Assembly: GCA_032249235.1 (NCBI GenBank)
Contig: JAVVGF010000001.1
Span: forward strand, 5,925 to 69,924
Origin: Thermoproteota archaeon
GTDB lineage: Archaea > Thermoproteota > Thermoprotei > Gearchaeales > Gearchaeaceae
Reading direction: 5' to 3'
Length of the DNA stretch: 64,000 bases
Shown here: positions 26,351 through 34,580 of the stretch, piece after piece
How the letters are laid out: each line of letters opens with the position of its first letter
How positions within the stretch are numbered: the stretch's first letter is position 1
Program-made: the position numbers and the translations under genes
The notes under the pieces: generated by a model
Seen by the model: the letters and a program-made list of their open reading frames with translations, nothing else
Database searches by the model: none
What the model was told of the DNA's origin: nothing

Positions 26351-26822
26351 GAGTTTCATCAAAGATCTTGCTTTAATTTTTGGAGGGGTAAAATTCAATA
26401 GAGGAAAATACAGTTTAGAAGAATTAATAGCAAGATTGGGAGATGAAGATAGACTTGTTGTAGTAGATACTAAAAAGGGGAATCCTAGTAGAATGCGTAT
26501 ATATGGAAAACATGGTCTTTTAAAGACTTATTTAATAAGAAAGGTTAAACTACTTAGGGAATTTAAAGATATAGATTATAAAAAAATTAATAAGATATCA
26601 ATATCAACAGATAACGAATTTTTAAAAAATTTTATAAATATTCTAAATATTAGAACAAATTCTAATAAAGATAGCTTGAAAATTGAAATAAATGAAAGTA
26701 AAGATGAAAAATTTCAAGAATACAAAGAATTTGTCCTTAAGAAGAACTCATATATATTAGGTCCTATATTTTTAATCAAAGAAGCAAATGATAGAAGAAA
26801 TAAAACTGGAAATCTTATATGA
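26304..26822 (+). CDS. Brix/Imp4-domain ribosome biogenesis protein
   Basis: 172 aa. MNLLITTSRRPSKRTRSFIKDL is the typical archaeal Brix N-terminus. Confidence 0.75.
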   Translation: MNLLITTSRRPSKRTRSFIKDLALIFGGVKFNRGKYSLEELIARLGDEDRLVVVDTKKGNPSRMRIYGKHGLLKTYLIRKVKLLREFKDIDYKKINKISISTDNEFLKNFINILNIRTNSNKDSLKIEINESKDEKFQEYKEFVLKKNSYILGPIFLIKEANDRRNKTGNLI

Positions 26823-27042
26823 GGCAAAAAATAGAAGAGAAGCAGAACTAATTTATAATTCTCTTTTACCTGAATTTAAAAAAGGTTTTCCTGGATTATC
26901 TAGTTTTGAAATTTCTTTAAGCGAAAATAAGCTTTCTATCGTTTTAATAGGTAGAACAATTGCTAGAATTAGAGCGATATTCAATGCAATAATGAGATGG
27001 CTTATAAGTATAGAAAATCTTAATGATATAATAGGGGTGTAA
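26788..27042 (+). CDS. pcc1: KEOPS subunit Pcc1-like
   Basis: 84 aa. LEILYEAKNRREAELIYNSLLPE and ARIRAIFNAIMRWL resemble the Pcc1 pattern. Conserved position before prefoldin beta. 35-nt overlap with Brix. Confidence 0.6.
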   Translation: MIEEIKLEILYEAKNRREAELIYNSLLPEFKKGFPGLSSFEISLSENKLSIVLIGRTIARIRAIFNAIMRWLISIENLNDIIGV

Positions 27043-27045
27043 AAA

Positions 27046-27417
27046 TTGAGTCAACAATTGCCTCCTGAAATTCAAAATTTGGTATTGAAAGCGAGGCAAC
27101 TAGAGGAACAACTTAGATTAGTTGTAACAAGAAGACAACAGATAAAATTAGAATTGCTGGAGATTGAAAGTGTAAAGGAAGAGTTGGAAAAGCTACCTGA
27201 TGATAGCGTTGTTCATAAGCAAGTAGGTAATGTTTTGATTAAGAAAGATAAGAAAAGTGTTTATGAAGAAATTAATGATAGAAAGGAAACCTTGCAGCTT
27301 CAAGATCTAGCACTTGAAAAACAAGAAGCAAATTTAAGAAAACAATTTGAAAGCACTTCAAGAGAATTAGAAAATGCTATAAGAAGATACCAAAGTGGAG
27401 AAGGAGTAATTTCGTAG
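27046..27417 (+). CDS. pfdB: prefoldin subunit beta
   Basis: 123 aa, TTG start. Coiled coil - beta hairpin (VHKQVGNVLIKKDK) - coiled coil architecture. Confidence 0.8.
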   Translation: MSQQLPPEIQNLVLKARQLEEQLRLVVTRRQQIKLELLEIESVKEELEKLPDDSVVHKQVGNVLIKKDKKSVYEEINDRKETLQLQDLALEKQEANLRKQFESTSRELENAIRRYQSGEGVIS

Positions 27418-27435
27418 CTACAAATTTTTTTGTTA
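27418..27435 (+). terminator. T-tract candidate terminator after pfdB
   Basis: T7 run at 27425-27431 directly after the TAG stop. Marks the end of the superoperon before the ECF genes. Confidence 0.3.
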
Positions 27436-27470
27436 TATCTTAATAAATAAAGACCAATACTTTGTGTTTT

Positions 27471-28322
27471 ATGAGCTTAGTCGAATTCATAAATTTCAGT
27501 TTCAAGTATTCAAACTCAAACTTTTGGTCTCTTAAAAATATAAATCTAAAGATAGAAGAGGGTGAATTTGTTTTAATTACAGGTCAAAGCGGTTGCGGTA
27601 AAACAACTTTATTGAGAAGTATAAACGGCTTAATACCTCATTATCATCAAGGAGATTATGAAGGTAAAGTTTTGCTTGACGGAAAAGAAGTTTCTAAGCA
27701 TGAAGTATATGAATTAGCGAAGATAGCAGGCATAGTATTCCAAAATCCTGAAGATCAAATTTTCGCGATGACTGTGGAAAAAGAGATAGCTTTTGGCTTA
27801 GAAAACATGGGTTATGAAAGATCATACATGAGGAAAACTGTTGACGAAGTTATGGGATTGATGAGAATAGAGCATCTAAGATACAAACAGCCTTTCTTTT
27901 TAAGTGGTGGAGAACAACAAAAAGTTATTATTGCATCGATACTTGCTTTGAAACCTAAATTGCTTTTGTTAGATGAACCCTTAAGTAGCCTAGATCCTAT
28001 TTCTGCAAAATCTCTTGTTGAAGAACTTGCTAGACTAAATAAAGAATACAAAAAAACTATAATAATCGCTGAACATAGGCTTGATCTTCTCTCGAAATAT
28101 GCTAACAGGATAATAATTATGGAAAAAGGAGAGATTATTTTAGATAAAAGGATAGAAGATGTAATTTGCAAAATTGATTTAGAATCGTTAGGAATTAATG
28201 AACCGTTGTTTGCTAAGTTTGTAAGAATTTTAGAAAACAAATATAAAATAAATTTAGGAAGATGTCTAAGCATTGATGAATTAATTAGTAAATTTAATTA
28301 TGAAAAAAATAATAGAATTTAA
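27471..28322 (+). CDS. ecfA1: ECF transporter ATPase component (EcfA1/CbiO)
   Basis: Track start 27462 is TTG; I prefer ATG 27471 (MSLVEF...). Walker A GQSGCGKTT, signature LSGGEQQK, Walker B LLLLDEP. Confidence 0.9.
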   Translation: MSLVEFINFSFKYSNSNFWSLKNINLKIEEGEFVLITGQSGCGKTTLLRSINGLIPHYHQGDYEGKVLLDGKEVSKHEVYELAKIAGIVFQNPEDQIFAMTVEKEIAFGLENMGYERSYMRKTVDEVMGLMRIEHLRYKQPFFLSGGEQQKVIIASILALKPKLLLLDEPLSSLDPISAKSLVEELARLNKEYKKTIIIAEHRLDLLSKYANRIIIMEKGEIILDKRIEDVICKIDLESLGINEPLFAKFVRILENKYKINLGRCLSIDELISKFNYEKNNRI

Positions 28323-29127
28323 AAAAGTTAGTTATAGATATCAATTTGAAGAAAAATTTGCGATTGAAGATATAAATCTTGAAATTTATGAAGGTGAAGT
28401 TCTTGCAATAATTGGTTCTAACGGAGCTGGCAAAACTACGCTCATTAAGCATATGAATGGTCTTTTAAAGCCAACAATAGGTGATGTTTATGTAGAAGGT
28501 TTAAATACAAAGAATGTTACTGTTGCTGAATTATCAAGAAAAGTAGGTATCGTATTTCAAAATGCTGATTATCAACTGTTTGCTCAAACGGTTTACGATG
28601 AAATAGCCTTTGCATTAAAGAATTTCGGCTTTGAAGAAGAAGAGATAAAAAAACGAGTTGATAACGTGCTTGAATATTTTTCTTTAAAACAATATGTTGA
28701 AAATTCACCATTACTATTAAGTGGAGGTGAAAAAAAGAGGGTTGCTTTAGCTTCTGTCTTGGTTTATGATCCTAAAGTGCTTATTTTAGATGAGCCTACA
28801 ATTGGATTAGACTTTGTACAAAAAAAGAATTTGAAAAACTTGATTAGCGATATGAAAAACAGGAATAAAACAATTATCATTGTAACCCATGATCTAGATT
28901 TCGTTGCTGAAATTGCAGAAAGAGTAGTTGTGATGAAAAATGGAAGGATATTGCGCATTGATAGTTCTAGAGAAATATTTTATGATGAAGATTTGCTTAC
29001 AAACGCTGATTTAATTACCCCTTCAATTGTTAGAATTACAAAGGGTTTAGGAATTAAAGACAAACTATTAAGCTTAGATGAAGTTTTAGAGAGGATAGAT
29101 TTTGTAATAAGAAATGTTCAGGGCTGA
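28300..29127 (+). CDS. ecfA2: ECF transporter ATPase component (EcfA2/CbiO)
   Basis: 275 aa. Walker A GSNGAGKTT, LSGGEKKR, Walker B VLILDEPT. 23-nt overlap with ecfA1. Confidence 0.9.
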   Translation: MKKIIEFKKVSYRYQFEEKFAIEDINLEIYEGEVLAIIGSNGAGKTTLIKHMNGLLKPTIGDVYVEGLNTKNVTVAELSRKVGIVFQNADYQLFAQTVYDEIAFALKNFGFEEEEIKKRVDNVLEYFSLKQYVENSPLLLSGGEKKRVALASVLVYDPKVLILDEPTIGLDFVQKKNLKNLISDMKNRNKTIIIVTHDLDFVAEIAERVVVMKNGRILRIDSSREIFYDEDLLTNADLITPSIVRITKGLGIKDKLLSLDEVLERIDFVIRNVQG

Positions 29128-29824
29128 ATATTTCTTTTATAGAAGTAAGAATTCCTTCATCCATAAACTCGATCCTAGATCGAAATTAATCTATGTAATA
29201 ATAATGTTTATATTGGCGTTGGCTAGAGGAGATTTGATATATTTGTTGATTGTTTTCATTATATCACTAATACCTATATTTTTAGGTAAGATATTTCATA
29301 ACTTCCTAGCATCGCTTAGAGCTTCAATATTTTTTATTTTACTTATTATATTCATTAATTATATATTTAGTTTTAATATATATTTAGCAATCTCTTTGGC
29401 TCTTCGTTTTCTTATATTAATATCATCTTTTATAGTCTTTTCAATAACTACTTCGCCAGACGACTTAGCTTTAGCTCTTTATAGGATGCGTTTTCCTTAT
29501 GATTTCGTTTTAACTTTTAATTTATCCGTTCGCTTTATACCAACAGTCTTTCGCGATGCTATTAATATAATCGATGCACAAAGATCTAGAGGTCTTGAAA
29601 CACAGAAAGGATTTTTGAAGAGGATAAGAAACTATTTGCCAGTAATAATTCCTTTAATAGTTGTGGGAATAAGAAGAGCTATAAATGTAGCAGAATCAAT
29701 GGAAGCAAGAGGTTTTGGCGCTACGAAAAAACCTACCACGTTATATGAACTTAAGTTTACATTAATAGATTATTTTTTCATCATCTCTTCTCTTCTTTTA
29801 TTTTCTCTTATCTTTTTGATTTGA
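29114..29824 (+). CDS. ecfT: ECF transporter transmembrane component (EcfT/CbiQ)
   Basis: 236 aa, hydrophobic. DPRSKL start and coupling-helix region DAQRSRG...AESMEARGF are typical of EcfT. No S-component in the window. Confidence 0.85.
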   Translation: MFRAEYFFYRSKNSFIHKLDPRSKLIYVIIMFILALARGDLIYLLIVFIISLIPIFLGKIFHNFLASLRASIFFILLIIFINYIFSFNIYLAISLALRFLILISSFIVFSITTSPDDLALALYRMRFPYDFVLTFNLSVRFIPTVFRDAINIIDAQRSRGLETQKGFLKRIRNYLPVIIPLIVVGIRRAINVAESMEARGFGATKKPTTLYELKFTLIDYFFIISSLLLFSLIFLI

Positions 29825-29867
29825 GATGAGAATAATGTTAATATATAAATAATTCATAATAAAAAGG

Positions 29868-30917
29868 ATGAAACCGAATCAAAATGTAGCCATAATAGGC
29901 TATGGCGGTTATGTTCCTTTGAGAAGGATTAAAGCCAGTGAGATTGCAAGGATTTGGGGTAAAAGTGATCGTGCACTTCCTATTGAAGAAAAATCTGTTG
30001 CATATATCGATGAAGATACTGCAACGATGGCCGTCGAAGCAAGTCTTAATGCATTAAAAAGGGCTAGAATAGATCCATCAGAAATAGGTGCGGTATTTGT
30101 TGGTACGGAATCAAAAATTTATACAGTCAAGCCCACATCTACAGTTGTAGCTGAAGCTTTAGGGATAACTCCTGCTACGTTAGCATCTGATTATGAGTTT
30201 GCATGTAAAGCAGGTACCGAAGCTATACAAACATCGATCGGCTTAGTCGCTTCAGGAATGGTGAAATATGCTTTAGCAATTGGCTCAGATATAGCTCGGG
30301 GAAGACCAGGTGATGAACTTGAATATACAGCTGGTGCGGGCGCTGCAGCTTTCATACTTGCTAGAAGTGGTATTCATGATGAAATAGCTGTAATAGAAGG
30401 TAGTGTTTCTTATGTTACTGATACGCCAGATTTCTGGCGAAGAGAAGGACAAATATATCCAATGCATTATTACAGATTTACAGGAGAACCAGCATATTTT
30501 AATCATATTAGGAATGCTGTTTTGAGATTGATGGATAATTTAGGATTAAAGCCATCAGATTTCAATCATGTTGTTTTTCATCAACCAAATGCAAAATTTC
30601 CTCAAGAAGTTGCTAGATCTTTAGGTTTCAAACCTGAACAATATAAGACAGGATTACTCGTTCCTTTGATAGGTAATACATATGCGGCTGCATCATTATT
30701 AGGCTTAGCTGCAGCATTGGATGTTTCAAAACCTGGAGAAAGAATACTCGTAGCCTCTTTCGGTTCTGGAGCAGGAAGCGATGCTATTTCTTTAGTTGTT
30801 AAAGATGGGATAGAGAAAGTTAGAGACTTAGCACCTAAAATAATGGACTACATTTCAAAAAGAATCTATGTTGACTATGCATTATATGCGAAATATAGGA
30901 ATAAATTCAATGAGTGA
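29868..30917 (+). CDS. hmgS: archaeal hydroxymethylglutaryl-CoA synthase
   Basis: 349 aa. VAIIGYGGYVPLRRI, catalytic Cys region YEFACKAGT, HQPN and GNTYAAS motifs. First of the conserved HMGS-thiolase-DUF35 trio. Confidence 0.9.
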   Translation: MKPNQNVAIIGYGGYVPLRRIKASEIARIWGKSDRALPIEEKSVAYIDEDTATMAVEASLNALKRARIDPSEIGAVFVGTESKIYTVKPTSTVVAEALGITPATLASDYEFACKAGTEAIQTSIGLVASGMVKYALAIGSDIARGRPGDELEYTAGAGAAAFILARSGIHDEIAVIEGSVSYVTDTPDFWRREGQIYPMHYYRFTGEPAYFNHIRNAVLRLMDNLGLKPSDFNHVVFHQPNAKFPQEVARSLGFKPEQYKTGLLVPLIGNTYAAASLLGLAAALDVSKPGERILVASFGSGAGSDAISLVVKDGIEKVRDLAPKIMDYISKRIYVDYALYAKYRNKFNE

Positions 30918-32068
30918 AAGTGAGCGAGGTTTATATAACCGGTATAGGCTATACACAAATTTCTGAGCATTGGAATAAATCTATAAAACAACTGGCCTTA
31001 GAAGCTAGTATCAATGCAATAAAAGATTCAAATTATTTGAAGCCTGATGTTATTATAGTATCATGTTCTCTTTCAAGTTTTTTGCAACAACAAGAATCAC
31101 TAAGCAATTTATTAAGAGACTACCTAGGTTTTACGAAATTACCTAATATAAGAATCGAAGCAGGCGAATGCTCAGGGGCTGCAGCTTTAGAAATCGCATC
31201 TAGTATGATAGAAAGCGGAAGATACAAAAACATATTAGTCATAGGTGTAGAAAAACCATCAGATAGATTGCCTCAAGAATATAATGCGGCATTATCTTCT
31301 CTGCAAGATCGAGATTATTATTATTATAATGGAATAACGCATGCTTCATTATTTGCATTAATTTATAAAATGTACATGAAAAAATACGGTTTGAAACAAG
31401 AAGATATTGCTTCTTTTGCTGTTCATGATCATAAAATGGCCTTGAATGTCGATTACGCACAATATAGATTTTCTTTAAGCATTGATAGGATTTTATCTTC
31501 TCCCATCGTTGCCGAACCTATAAGATTGTTTGAAATATTTCCTACTTCTGATGGTGCAGCTGCAGTTATGATATCCTCAAAAGATCAAGTTGAAAATAAA
31601 GATTATGCTATAAAGCTTGATGCTATAACTTCAGCAAGTGACATAAATTTTGTATACAGGAATGATTTTCTAACTTTCTACTCGCTTCAATATGCTTTTG
31701 AAGAATTAAGGAAAAAGTCAAAAATAGCTAAAAGCGACATAAATTTCTTAGAAATTCATGATTCCTATACTATTGCTGCTCCTCTTATTATTGAAAATTT
31801 AGGCTTTGCAGATAAAAATGAAGCATGTCGAATGTTAAAAGAAGGAGAATTCGAAAAAGACGGAAGTCTACCTTTAAATCCTAGCGGAGGCCTTAAGGCT
31901 AGAGGGCATCCTATAGGAGCTACACCTTTATATCAAGTATGCGAAGCTGTTCTTCAATTAAGGGGTAAGGCATCGAATCAGGTTAAGAATGCAGAGGTTG
32001 GCTTAGTTCAATCAATGAATAACGTAGCTGATCAATCTTATTTAATTTTATTGAGGAGATATAAATGA
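30914..32068 (+). CDS. acaT: archaeal acetyl-CoA acetyltransferase (thiolase)
   Basis: 384 aa, GTG start overlapping the HMGS stop. ECSGAAAL catalytic Cys region, EIHDSYT, NPSGGLKARGHPIGATP. Confidence 0.9.
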   Translation: MKVSEVYITGIGYTQISEHWNKSIKQLALEASINAIKDSNYLKPDVIIVSCSLSSFLQQQESLSNLLRDYLGFTKLPNIRIEAGECSGAAALEIASSMIESGRYKNILVIGVEKPSDRLPQEYNAALSSLQDRDYYYYNGITHASLFALIYKMYMKKYGLKQEDIASFAVHDHKMALNVDYAQYRFSLSIDRILSSPIVAEPIRLFEIFPTSDGAAAVMISSKDQVENKDYAIKLDAITSASDINFVYRNDFLTFYSLQYAFEELRKKSKIAKSDINFLEIHDSYTIAAPLIIENLGFADKNEACRMLKEGEFEKDGSLPLNPSGGLKARGHPIGATPLYQVCEAVLQLRGKASNQVKNAEVGLVQSMNNVADQSYLILLRRYK

Positions 32069-32457
32069 GCGCTCCTTCATACTGGAGGGAAAAAGTATAT
32101 AGATATAGGCTTATCGCTACATATTGCGAGAACTGCAACAAGAAGTTTTATCCTCCAAGACCTATTTGTTTATATTGCAATAATCAAAATCTTAAAGAAG
32201 TAAAATTACCTAACACGGGCACTCTTCTCGAATATACACAAGTTTTTCAAACATTTCCTGAATTCTCAAAGCTTGCACCTTATTATCTTGGCTTAATAAA
32301 ATTGGATGATGGAACAATTATAGTTGCTCAATTGACAGACGTTGAACGTTCAGAACTTAAAGAAGGAATAAGAGTTGAAGCTGTTTTTAGGAAGATGTAT
32401 GAAGATGGCGAAGCAGGATTAATTTATTATGGCATAAAATTTAGACCTTTAGCTTGA
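32065..32457 (+). CDS. DUF35 Zn-ribbon/OB-fold scaffold protein of the thiolase/HMGS complex
   Basis: 130 aa. Zinc ribbon CENCNKKFYPPRPICLYCN followed by an OB fold. Conserved third gene of the trio. Confidence 0.85.
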   Translation: MSAPSYWREKVYRYRLIATYCENCNKKFYPPRPICLYCNNQNLKEVKLPNTGTLLEYTQVFQTFPEFSKLAPYYLGLIKLDDGTIIVAQLTDVERSELKEGIRVEAVFRKMYEDGEAGLIYYGIKFRPLA

Positions 32458-33363
32458 GAGGTATAAAGGTTTAATAAAATCATTGTGATCTTGAATAACA
32501 ATTCTATATTCTCCTTCTTTTCCTTTTTCTAAATTTCCTCTAACTAAAGCTATTTCTCCTTTTTTAAGCATCTCGCAGTATCTAAGTTTAAAGGAAACTA
32601 TCGTGTATTCTTCGCTGTTTTTACTTCTAGCTGAATAAACAGATGGGAAGAAGAAACTTTTTGAATCGTTAATTATTTCAATTTCAATTTCTTTTTTACC
32701 GAGAATTCTACTAGGTTCCAAATTTTTTCTCAAAATAAATTTTAAAGAATATATTCTGTCTTTAAACCTTCCTTCGATTATTTTTCTTCTTTCTAATAGT
32801 TCAAATAAAGGAAATTCTATTATATTTGTTAACTCTCGTTCTTGGTATAGCTTAATCAAATCTTCTCTACTAAGAGGCATTAATATACCTCTTTCTCTGA
32901 GATTTTTTAAAGCTTTATAAACAATTTCAGGGTTTTTTCCATAGTATGCAATATCCATGTCTGAATCCTCTTTATGTAAACCAACAAGTATAGAACCTCC
33001 TATTCCAAAATTTCCCAATTCTTCTTTAGCTTCACTTGCGATTAGTTCGACAAATTCTTTAACTACTTTTTCAACATCATCATTAGGTTCCTTGAAGATT
33101 CTTTTTAATTTTGCAATAGGATTATAATATACTTTAATCTGGCTTTTTTCGAGAATAATTGCTTCCCTTTTCAAATATTTTGACTTTTTTGTAATATTAT
33201 AATCAACTTTTTTAATAAATTCTTCTATATTTTTTATTTTATGATATTTTTCATTTTCTTTTATATATTTTGGTAAAACAAATAATTCATCATATTTTGG
33301 ATTATAGTAGATTACATAATATATATTATCATATTTATCTTTTATAGCTGCTAATTCTAGCAT
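32449..33363 (-). CDS. Pol-beta-superfamily nucleotidyltransferase with C-terminal OB-like domain, function unknown
   Basis: 304 aa. NTase motif FGIGGSILVGLHKEDSDMDIAYYG (G[GS]-x9-13-DxD). C-terminal beta-rich region EIEIEIINDS...GEIALVRGNLEKG. Start overlaps the gcvT stop (TAATG). Confidence 0.6.
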   Translation of the reverse strand: MLELAAIKDKYDNIYYVIYYNPKYDELFVLPKYIKENEKYHKIKNIEEFIKKVDYNITKKSKYLKREAIILEKSQIKVYYNPIAKLKRIFKEPNDDVEKVVKEFVELIASEAKEELGNFGIGGSILVGLHKEDSDMDIAYYGKNPEIVYKALKNLRERGILMPLSREDLIKLYQERELTNIIEFPLFELLERRKIIEGRFKDRIYSLKFILRKNLEPSRILGKKEIEIEIINDSKSFFFPSVYSARSKNSEEYTIVSFKLRYCEMLKKGEIALVRGNLEKGKEGEYRIVIQDHNDFIKPLYLSS

Positions 33364-34442
33364 TATTTTTTAAAGAAAGGAGGTTCTTGAATTCTTGCAT
33401 CATAGAATTTATCTCTAATCTTAATCTGTATTGTTCCTCCAAGATAAAAATAATTTGCTTTAATGTAACCCATCGCTATTCCTTTTCCTTGACTAGGTGA
33501 ATAACCTCCGCTAGTTATTTTACCTATCATTTTTTTACCTGCATATACTTCGGAGCCTTTTCTAGGTAGAGGTCCCTTATCTTTCATGATAAAACAAGCC
33601 CTAATTACATCTACTCCTTCTTCAATAATCTCTTCTATTGCTTTTTTACCAATATATTCACCTTTATTCAATGAAAAAATCCAATATCTTGCTCTTATTG
33701 GATCTATTTCCTCATTTATTTCATTACCATAAAGCAAAAAACCTGCTTCTAATCTTAATATATCTCTACTAACGATACCGCATGGTTTGATTCCATTATT
33801 TACAAAGTTTAACCATAATTTCTTACCCTCTTCAATACCTGTTATTATTTCAAAGCCGTTTTCTCCAGTCCATCCACTTTTGCTTATTAATAGAGTCTTA
33901 ACGCCCATTATTTCGTAATCTTTAAGAAAGCTTTCTCGCTCGAGATTTAAGGGTAGGAATTCTAATTTCTCTATTTTTCTGCCTTGAATTGCAAGCATTG
34001 CAGTTTTTAAAGTTATATCCTCAACTTCAACATTGCAATTTAAAAGTTTCGACTTTTCTTTAATCCAGTTCAATACTTTTATCCTATTAATTGCATTGCA
34101 TACTATTATAAATTCCTCTTCTTCGAGCATGAATAAGGATAAGTCATCTATAAATCCTCCTTTTTCATTAAGCATGGCTGCCGGAATGATTATTTTACCT
34201 GGTTTTAGCTTCAAAACATTTTTAGTTATGAGATAATCAAGTAAATGCTTTGAATCTTTTCCTTTAACTATTATTCTTCCCATATGAGAAACATCAAATA
34301 CTCCCATCTCATTTCTAACAGCGAGACTTTCTTCTATTGAATTTGTAAAGCTCAATGCTACTTCCCATCCTGCAAACTCTCCAATTTCTGCTTTTTTACT
34401 AACATGTATTTCTTTAAGAGGCGAAGGAATTAAGTTTTCCAT
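33363..34442 (-). CDS. gcvT: glycine cleavage system T protein (aminomethyltransferase)
   Basis: 359 aa. SPLKEIH...FAGWEVALSF, GVFDVSHMGRI, GWTGENGFEI motifs. Confidence 0.9.
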   Translation of the reverse strand: MENLIPSPLKEIHVSKKAEIGEFAGWEVALSFTNSIEESLAVRNEMGVFDVSHMGRIIVKGKDSKHLLDYLITKNVLKLKPGKIIIPAAMLNEKGGFIDDLSLFMLEEEEFIIVCNAINRIKVLNWIKEKSKLLNCNVEVEDITLKTAMLAIQGRKIEKLEFLPLNLERESFLKDYEIMGVKTLLISKSGWTGENGFEIITGIEEGKKLWLNFVNNGIKPCGIVSRDILRLEAGFLLYGNEINEEIDPIRARYWIFSLNKGEYIGKKAIEEIIEEGVDVIRACFIMKDKGPLPRKGSEVYAGKKMIGKITSGGYSPSQGKGIAMGYIKANYFYLGGTIQIKIRDKFYDARIQEPPFFKK

Positions 34443-34506
34443 TATGAAAAGAAGGATTTTGTTCGATTTAACTTTATTAACCTTTTTTTAATTACTAAAA
34501 AATAGT

Positions 34507-34580
34507 AGCGCCGTGGTGTAGCTGGTCAAGCATGTAGGGCTTTGGACCCTGAGACCCAGGTTCGAATCCTGGCGGCGCTA
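34507..34580 (+). tRNA. tRNA-Gln (anticodon TTG)
   Basis: 74 nt cloverleaf folded by hand. Acceptor AGCGCCG/CGGCGCT (A1-U72), anticodon arm TAGGG-CTTTGGA-CCCTG, T arm CCAGG-TTCGAAT-CCTGG, discriminator A. No CCA, no intron. Confidence 0.85.

Noticed and set aside
28981-29020. C/D-box sRNA candidates. I scanned both strands for RUGAUGA plus CUGA pairs, for example TATGATGA...CTGA at 28981-29015, ATGATGA...CTGA at 16738-16773, and AATGATGA at 37676.
   Set aside because: All hits lie inside well-supported coding regions. They have wrong box spacing (no C/D'/C'/D arrangement with about 12-nt guides) and no terminal stem. None occurs in an intergenic spacer.
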